A DNA stretch of 32,000 nucleotides. Source: an uncultured archaeon (GTDB lineage: Archaea > Iainarchaeota > Iainarchaeia > Iainarchaeales > CSSED10-239). The stretch's first letter is position 1, and every line of letters starts with the position of its first letter. The stretch is from contig CAZCAP010000004.1 of NCBI GenBank assembly GCA_964496765.1, positions 1 through 32,000 on the forward strand, read 5' to 3'. The translations under genes and the position numbers were made by a program. Positions 26,830-32,000 of the stretch are shown here, piece by piece. The notes beneath the pieces were generated by a model. It saw only the letters and a list, made by a program, of their open reading frames with translations. It was not told the DNA's origin and did no database searches.

Positions 26830-28012
26830 ATCCAGATAATCTCCATCTACTGTTTACGTTTCTACTAATTGCAACCGTATCATTCTTATAATAAACACAG
26901 TCCTTATCAAGAATTAATTGCAAATCACTACCCTTAATCTTAATAATTGTTGCAAGATATGCAGCTGAACCAATAATTAAAACGATTTTTTCAGAAACCT
27001 TTAGTGGGGTTTGATTTGGTTCAATCAACCTATCAATCTTACTATAATTTAAATTAATTTTGGATGAAATTTCTGGTTTATTTGTATCTGAACAAATTAA
27101 TTGTCCAACCATACGATCAGAAAAGCAATAGAATGAATCAATTTCTGTTCCAACAGCAATAAGCCCACCTGGCCTTACTGATTTATAATTAATACCATTT
27201 GAATTTAATGATTTAATTGTTATTTGGATTGGTTTTGTAATTCCTGGATATAACCAAACCTTATCCCCTACACTTAGGGTTCCTTCCAATATTGCCCCAC
27301 CAAGAACACCACCCACTAGCTTTTCAAGGTCTGTGCTTGGTTTATTAACATCAAATGACCTAACAACCTGCATTTTAAGTGGGAGTTGATCATTATATTC
27401 AGGTGTTGGTATTTTACTTACTAGTGCATAAACTAATGCATCTATATTTGTATCAAAATGAGCTGATGTTGGAATTATTGGTGCATCCTTATATCCCACT
27501 TCATCTAAGAATGCTCTTAATTTTTCGTAATTTTCAATAGCTTTTTCTTTTGGAACAAGATCAATCTTATTCTGTGAAATAACTATATTTTTTATGCCAT
27601 GCATTTTAAGTGCTAAGATATGTTCAACTGTTCTTGGTTGTGGGCACTCCTCGTTTGCTGCAACAACCACGATTGCTCCATTTAGGAGGGTTGCACCAGA
27701 CAACATAACAGCCATTAATGTTTCGTGACCAGGAGCATCAACAAATGAAACTCTTTTTATAAAATCAGTTTTACTTCCACAAAGTGCACAAACATTTTTT
27801 GTACCATAGGCAGAAATTCCAACACACTTTGGACAATGATAAAAATCAGCATCCGCATATCCTAGTCTTATGGATATCCCCTGTTTAATTTCATCAGAAT
27901 GTCTATCTGTCCATTTTCCAGTTAATCTTGAGGTCAAAGTGGTTTTACCATGATCAACATGACCAACAACCCCAATATTAACCTCTGATTGTATTTCTTT
28001 TACCATTTTCAT
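26813..28012 (-). CDS. eif2g: translation initiation factor aIF2 gamma
   Basis: GVVGHVDHGKTTLTSRLTG, zinc-binding CPKC...CALCGS, DAPGHETLMAVMLSG, SQNKIDLV. Track start is GTG at 28018; ATG 28012 preferred. Confidence 0.96.
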   Translation of the reverse strand: MKMVKEIQSEVNIGVVGHVDHGKTTLTSRLTGKWTDRHSDEIKQGISIRLGYADADFYHCPKCVGISAYGTKNVCALCGSKTDFIKRVSFVDAPGHETLMAVMLSGATLLNGAIVVVAANEECPQPRTVEHILALKMHGIKNIVISQNKIDLVPKEKAIENYEKLRAFLDEVGYKDAPIIPTSAHFDTNIDALVYALVSKIPTPEYNDQLPLKMQVVRSFDVNKPSTDLEKLVGGVLGGAILEGTLSVGDKVWLYPGITKPIQITIKSLNSNGINYKSVRPGGLIAVGTEIDSFYCFSDRMVGQLICSDTNKPEISSKINLNYSKIDRLIEPNQTPLKVSEKIVLIIGSAAYLATIIKIKGSDLQLILDKDCVYYKNDTVAISRNVNSRWRLSGYGQIK

Positions 28013-28020
28013 TATCACAT

Positions 28021-28182
28021 CTATTTTATTTTTTTTATAGTAATTTTTCCTGCCATATATTTTTTTTTAATTCTTTTTGCTCTATTTTTATTTGAGGAAC
28101 CAGTTAGTTCGTATTCATTCCCTAATCTTAAAAGTTCTGGTTTTGGAATTCTTTTTCTAGGTAATCTTCCAGGTAGAGGCAT
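28021..28182 (-). CDS. small basic protein (53 aa) MPLPGRLPRKRIPKPELLRLGNEYELTGSSNKNRAKRIKKKYMAGKITIKKIK
   Basis: Manual read: GGTGACAATTTATG ribosome-binding site/start at 28182, TAG at 28023-28021, fills the gap between rps6e and eif2g. Not in the ORF track. Confidence 0.6.
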   Translation of the reverse strand: MPLPGRLPRKRIPKPELLRLGNEYELTGSSNKNRAKRIKKKYMAGKITIKKIK

Positions 28183-28194
28183 AAATTGTCACCA

Positions 28195-28617
28195 TCATTT
28201 CTTTTTACCCATTGGTTTTGGAATAGTGTCTTCTTTTACTTCTGCTTTTGATTTTTTATGTTTTTCTTCTAGAGTTTTTGTTGTACCTGCAATTATCCTC
28301 ATATTTACTTGTTGAATTGTATTATCAATTATTCTTCCAATAATTCTTTTCTTTCTTCTTTCTCCCTTTCTTGTGGGTCTAAAGCCAATTCCTCTTGTTA
28401 ACAACACTCTCTTACTTCCTGTTTGATCAAGTGTTGCAATCATAGGGAATCCTTGTTTATTTGATCCACCTGTAATAATTCCTTTAAGTCCTGCTTCAAT
28501 AAAAGATAAATCAACTTCATCTTTTATCTTCTTACCAAGAAGAGTAAGCATTGTTTTTTCGTCTGCCTCAACAGAATATGTTTGTGCTGATTTTGAATCA
28601 GATATGTTTAACTTCAT
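28195..28617 (-). CDS. rps6e: ribosomal protein S6e
   Basis: MKLNISDSKSAQTYSVEADEKTMLTLLGKKIKDEV...GGSNKQGFPM; start ATG 28617. Confidence 0.95.
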   Translation of the reverse strand: MKLNISDSKSAQTYSVEADEKTMLTLLGKKIKDEVDLSFIEAGLKGIITGGSNKQGFPMIATLDQTGSKRVLLTRGIGFRPTRKGERRKKRIIGRIIDNTIQQVNMRIIAGTTKTLEEKHKKSKAEVKEDTIPKPMGKKK

Positions 28618-28701
28618 ATTATAATACACCTCTTATTATTTCAAATCCTAATTTATATTTTTTATTCTAATTATTGGTTATTTATCCAAGAAATATAACA
28701 A

Positions 28702-30456
28702 CTATTTTTCATCTTGTACTTTGTATCTTCTTTTTTGTGCTTCCTGTATTAATTTTTCTTCATCACCAGTAAACTGGAGCCCAATCTCTTCAAGCTTTTT
28801 AATATCTTCAAGAGAAATATTAACTGTAAACACAGAATCTTCTGTGAAATCCTTTAGGTAAGTTACTCCCTTAACTGAAATTGCTGCTTCTTTATCGTAA
28901 TCTAAAGAAATAAGCTTGTTACCTTCTGTTTGAATTCCTTCAACAATACCAAACTCTTTTCCATCTTTATCAAGCAAAGTGGTTCCTGGAACTAATTTAC
29001 CAGCTAAAACTTTAACTCCAAAGATTGCGGGTTTACTTACTCTAAATATACAATTTTTTACAACCTTAATCTTACAAGGATATACAATTTCTTTTAATAA
29101 CTTATCTTTTTCTTGCCTGTTTAATTTAATAAGCCAAGCCTCATAGTCTTCTATTAATTTATATATAATATTGTTTTTAAATATAGGGATATTGCTCCCT
29201 ATTGCTTCTTCTTCAAGTTCCTTTGATATATTTGAATTAAATAAAAATAAAACACCTTTCTTTGGATCTCTCTCATTAATTATTTTTAATTCCATTATAT
29301 CTTTATTTGTAACATCTCCGATATCTGATCTTGCAATGCAGATGAAACTTTTCCCCATTAATTTAATTAATGCTTCTAAAGATCCTAATGTATCTGATTT
29401 AACAAACGCACCCTCTGCCTCTCCATTCGTGATTACACAAGATAATGGTTTTGTTTTTAATGTTTCTATTGCTTCCCTATCATCACAGGAAACAATTACA
29501 CTTCCTGGGATGCATTGATCTAGGCTTGGTGCAACAATCTTAACTCCAGATGCAGCAGATACAAAATCTACATTCTTATAATCTCTTTTTTTATTTACAG
29601 CAGACATTACATCTAATTTTAATAGAGCTTTTATTTTAGTTTCAATAACTCCAGATTTGGATATAAATGCAATTTTATCTTTAACTCTTAATATTCCTTG
29701 ATAAACTATAATATCTGCAGTTGAGCCTACGCCTTTAATTTCTCCAGATTCAAGTATTGTTCCCTGTGCATAATCTTTTTCATCTAACTCTAATTTAGTT
29801 CCTAAAAATTTTTGAGATAATGTTGCTAGGAAAAGAATAGATTCTGATAATCCATAACATTTTTCAGCAGATATTGGAATGATTGTAACTTGTTTTTTAA
29901 AGTCTGTAACCCTATCAAATCTTTCAGCAGCAAAACCATGATTATATAATTGTCCAACAATTTTATAGATTTGTTCATCAAGTCTTTCTGAAACTGATTT
30001 TGATTGTTTTTCAAGAACACTAGATATATCATTACCTTCCTGATACCAACCCTGTAGAAGATCAACCTTGTTTGCAACAACAATAAATGGTACCTTATAC
30101 ATTTTCAATATATTTAATGTTTCTATATCTTGTGCTTGAAGGCCTTTTATAATATCAACAACTAGGACAACAAGATCTGCTAAGCTCCCTCCTCTTTCAC
30201 GAAGATTATCAAATGCATTATGTCCAGGAGTATCAATAAACAATAATCCAGGGATTGTAACTTCAAATTTAAATTTTGTTAATAGGTGACCACAACTATG
30301 TATGATTGTATCATAGGTAATTTCTGTAGCCCCAATGTGTTGTGTTATTCTACCAGGCTCTTTATCTGTAATACAGGTTCCTTTTATCTTATCTAGAAAA
30401 GTTGTTTTTCCAGAATCGATGTGACCCATGATTGTAATTATTGGTTGTCTATACAA
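28702..30456 (-). CDS. infB: translation initiation factor aIF5B
   Basis: PIITIMGHIDSGKTTFLDKIKGT, GITQHIGAT-like, IDTPGHNAFDNLRERGG, VANKVDLL. TTG start preceded by GGTGAAAAC. Confidence 0.95.
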   Translation of the reverse strand: MYRQPIITIMGHIDSGKTTFLDKIKGTCITDKEPGRITQHIGATEITYDTIIHSCGHLLTKFKFEVTIPGLLFIDTPGHNAFDNLRERGGSLADLVVLVVDIIKGLQAQDIETLNILKMYKVPFIVVANKVDLLQGWYQEGNDISSVLEKQSKSVSERLDEQIYKIVGQLYNHGFAAERFDRVTDFKKQVTIIPISAEKCYGLSESILFLATLSQKFLGTKLELDEKDYAQGTILESGEIKGVGSTADIIVYQGILRVKDKIAFISKSGVIETKIKALLKLDVMSAVNKKRDYKNVDFVSAASGVKIVAPSLDQCIPGSVIVSCDDREAIETLKTKPLSCVITNGEAEGAFVKSDTLGSLEALIKLMGKSFICIARSDIGDVTNKDIMELKIINERDPKKGVLFLFNSNISKELEEEAIGSNIPIFKNNIIYKLIEDYEAWLIKLNRQEKDKLLKEIVYPCKIKVVKNCIFRVSKPAIFGVKVLAGKLVPGTTLLDKDGKEFGIVEGIQTEGNKLISLDYDKEAAISVKGVTYLKDFTEDSVFTVNISLEDIKKLEEIGLQFTGDEEKLIQEAQKRRYKVQDEK

Positions 30457-30540
30457 TAGTTTTCACCAGGTTTAAATTATTAAAATTAATTTCTAATTAC
30501 AAGAAAAAAAATTAAAAAAGAAAAAATGGAATTACTGTGT

Positions 30541-30747
30541 TCATTCATTTTTCTTTTGCCCTCTACCTTGTCTTTTCTTTTCAATATGATAGGTTTCAGT
30601 CCATCTTGTTTTATGAGACTTGTATTTTTTATCAAGTGTATTCTTTTTACACTTTGATGAGCAAAAGTTACTTACAGTTCCTTCTTTCTTTGCATACACA
30701 ATTCCTGTTCCTTTAGGAATTTCCTTTCCGCAGAATGTACATTTCAT
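30541..30747 (-). CDS. rpl24e: ribosomal protein L24e
   Basis: CTFCGKEIPKGTGIVYAKKEGTVSNFCSSKCKKN...RWTE. Confidence 0.95.
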   Translation of the reverse strand: MKCTFCGKEIPKGTGIVYAKKEGTVSNFCSSKCKKNTLDKKYKSHKTRWTETYHIEKKRQGRGQKKNE

Positions 30748-30763
30748 ATTTAGTTACCCCTTT

Positions 30764-30973
30764 TTAATGGACTCTTATGTCCTTTGCTTCTGTTTCTGGG
30801 TTCATTAAGATAAGGATATCTCCCTTACTTACTGTTCCACGTACATTTCTTTTTTTGATACGGCCTTTTTCATAACCATCAAGAATCTTACAAAGAACTT
30901 GTGTAGCTTCTCCACGTGAACCTGTTCTACCTACAATTTCTACGATTTCAGCAGGTATACCTTCTTCAGCCAT
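30764..30973 (-). CDS. rps28e: ribosomal protein S28e
   Basis: AEIVEIVGRTGSRGEATQVLCKILDG...GRIKKRNVRGTVSKGDILILMNPETEA. Confidence 0.94.
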   Translation of the reverse strand: MAEEGIPAEIVEIVGRTGSRGEATQVLCKILDGYEKGRIKKRNVRGTVSKGDILILMNPETEAKDIRVH

Positions 30974-30996
30974 ATAGATCTACTCCTTTATTTCTT

Positions 30997-31173
30997 TTAT
31001 TCAGCTTTTGGTTCTTCAGCTTTTGGTTCTTCAGCTTTTGGTTCTTCAACCTTTGGTTCTTCAACCTTTGGTTCTTCAACTTTTGTTTCTTCAACTTTTG
31101 TTTCTTCAACTTTTGGTTCTTCAACTTTTGGTTCTTCAACTTTTGTTTCTTCAACTTTTGTTTCTTCAGTCAT
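30997..31173 (-). CDS. 58-aa pure pentapeptide-repeat protein MTEETKVEETKVEEPKVEEPKVEETKVEETKVEEPKVEEPKVEEPKAEEPKAEEPKAE
   Basis: Manual read; AAAGGAG SD 12 nt upstream of ATG; stop TAA 30999-30997. The track instead reported a different frame (30966..31154). Confidence 0.6.
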   Translation of the reverse strand: MTEETKVEETKVEEPKVEEPKVEETKVEETKVEEPKVEEPKVEEPKAEEPKAEEPKAE

Positions 31174-31197
31174 ATAAATCTAACTCCTTTATTTTTT

Positions 31198-31857
31198 TTA
31201 TTCAGCCTTTGGTTCTGCAACCTTATGCTCAACTTTTGGTGCTTCCTTGTGTTCAACCTTTGGTTCTACAACCTTATGCTCAACTTTTGGTGCTTCCTTA
31301 TGTTCAGCCTTTGGTTCTACAACCTTATGCTCAACTTTTGGAGCTTCCTTGTGTTCAGCCTTTGGTTCTACAACCTTATGCTCAACTTTTGGAGCTTCCT
31401 TGTGTTCAGCCTTTGGTTCTACAACCTTATGCTCAGCTTTTGGTGCTTCCTTGTGTACAGGTGCTTTATGTTCAGCCTTTGGTGCTTCCTTGTGTTCAGT
31501 TATTTCCTGAATCTTACCAATAAGTGATTGTAATTCTTTTGTTACAACTCCAGCATCCATTACAGCTATACAACTAGCTTTTGCAGAAATTCCAACTGCT
31601 TTTCCAAGATCATCCTTTGTTTTCACATAGGTGTATGGAATGTTTTTTTCTTTTGCAATTACAGGGATGTGCATTACGATTTCAACAGGTGTAACATCTT
31701 CAGCAATAACAACTAATTTAGCTGTATTTCTTTCAATTGCTTTAGTAACTTCATTTATACCTATCTTTATCTTACCTGATTTTGCAATTTTTTTAAGAGT
31801 CTCATCTTGAAGAGATCTTAAATCCTCTGATACAGAAAACTTTATGTAATCTGACAT
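31198..31857 (-). CDS. rpl7ae: ribosomal protein L7Ae (eL8) with long repetitive C-terminal extension
   Basis: GKIKIGINEVTKAIERNTAKLVVIAEDVTPVEIVMHIPVIAKEKNIPY...LGKAVG core; tail of AEHKEAPKVEHKVVEPK units. Confidence 0.95.
   Translation of the reverse strand: MSDYIKFSVSEDLRSLQDETLKKIAKSGKIKIGINEVTKAIERNTAKLVVIAEDVTPVEIVMHIPVIAKEKNIPYTYVKTKDDLGKAVGISAKASCIAVMDAGVVTKELQSLIGKIQEITEHKEAPKAEHKAPVHKEAPKAEHKVVEPKAEHKEAPKVEHKVVEPKAEHKEAPKVEHKVVEPKAEHKEAPKVEHKVVEPKVEHKEAPKVEHKVAEPKAE
31203..31490 (-). repeat. 51-bp tandem repeats (17-aa unit, e.g. VEHKVVEPKAEHKEAPK) in the L7Ae tail
   Basis: Near-identical ACAACCTTATGCTCAACTTTTGG(A/T)GC... units seen repeatedly at ~51-bp spacing. Confidence 0.9.
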
Positions 31858-32000
31858 AATACTTCTACCTCCATGGTTTTGTCATCGGTTTTTTTGTTAA
31901 AAAATAGCTTTAACTATATATATTATATATAGGGAAAAGTATATAAATAGATAGATGAAAAAGAAAAAGAAAAAATTAAATTATTGAAAAAAGCAATTCT

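Noticed and set aside
30966-31154. Track ORF MKKQKLKNQKLKNQ... (minus)
   Set aside because: Out-of-frame reading of the repeat region; the frame with SD and ATG at 31173 gives the KVEEP repeat and matches the junction duplication.
30916-31527. Plus-strand ORFs across the L7Ae tail (30916..31527, 31008..31523, 31247..31510)
   Set aside because: Antisense translations of tandem repeats whose period is a multiple of 3, which keeps all frames open.
31953-32000. Possible ORF starting at the right edge (ATGAAAAAGAAAAAG...)
   Set aside because: The ATG frame stops after ten codons, and the alternative frame lacks a start; too little sequence to call.

Overview
AT-rich, densely packed archaeal genomic window. 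Gene content looks DPANN/Woesearchaeota-like, though that lineage is an inference. It begins with two tRNA genes: a truncated tRNA-Ile(GAU) on the minus strand and tRNA-Gln(UUG) on the plus strand. Next come small basic ORFs, a HIT protein, the archaeal GatD/GatE amidotransferase pair, GtrA-like, TldD/TldE, endonuclease III, a Zn-dependent phospholipase C-like protein, membrane glycosyltransferases, a DHH/DHHA2 phosphoesterase, a protein with apparent remnants of a B-family DNA polymerase, Alba, a geranylgeranyl reductase-family flavoprotein, a large FN3-type surface protein, TraB-like, a stand-alone class II aaRS anticodon-binding domain and a CPBP protease. The right end is a long minus-strand information-processing cluster: eL8/L7Ae, eS28, eL24, aIF5B, eS6, aIF2-gamma, PIN, RpiB, Rpo7, Spt4, eS24, eS27-like/S27ae. 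The best leads are: (1) a ~145-nt intergenic sequence that folds by perfect complementarity into a four-way-junction RNA, next to the orphan anticodon-binding-domain gene; (2) a degenerate, exonuclease-less PolB-like protein preceded by a TATA box, two hairpins and a T-tract; (3) an unannotated 58-aa pentapeptide-repeat mini-gene that appears to have arisen by duplication of the L7Ae/S28e gene junction; (4) a tandem pair of paralogous ~50-aa basic proteins, one with a TTG start, missed by the ORF track; (5) K/E/P tandem-repeat tails on several ribosomal and RNA polymerase proteins. I found no CRISPR array, transposon or convincing defence island. No database search was run; all family calls are by recognition of motifs.
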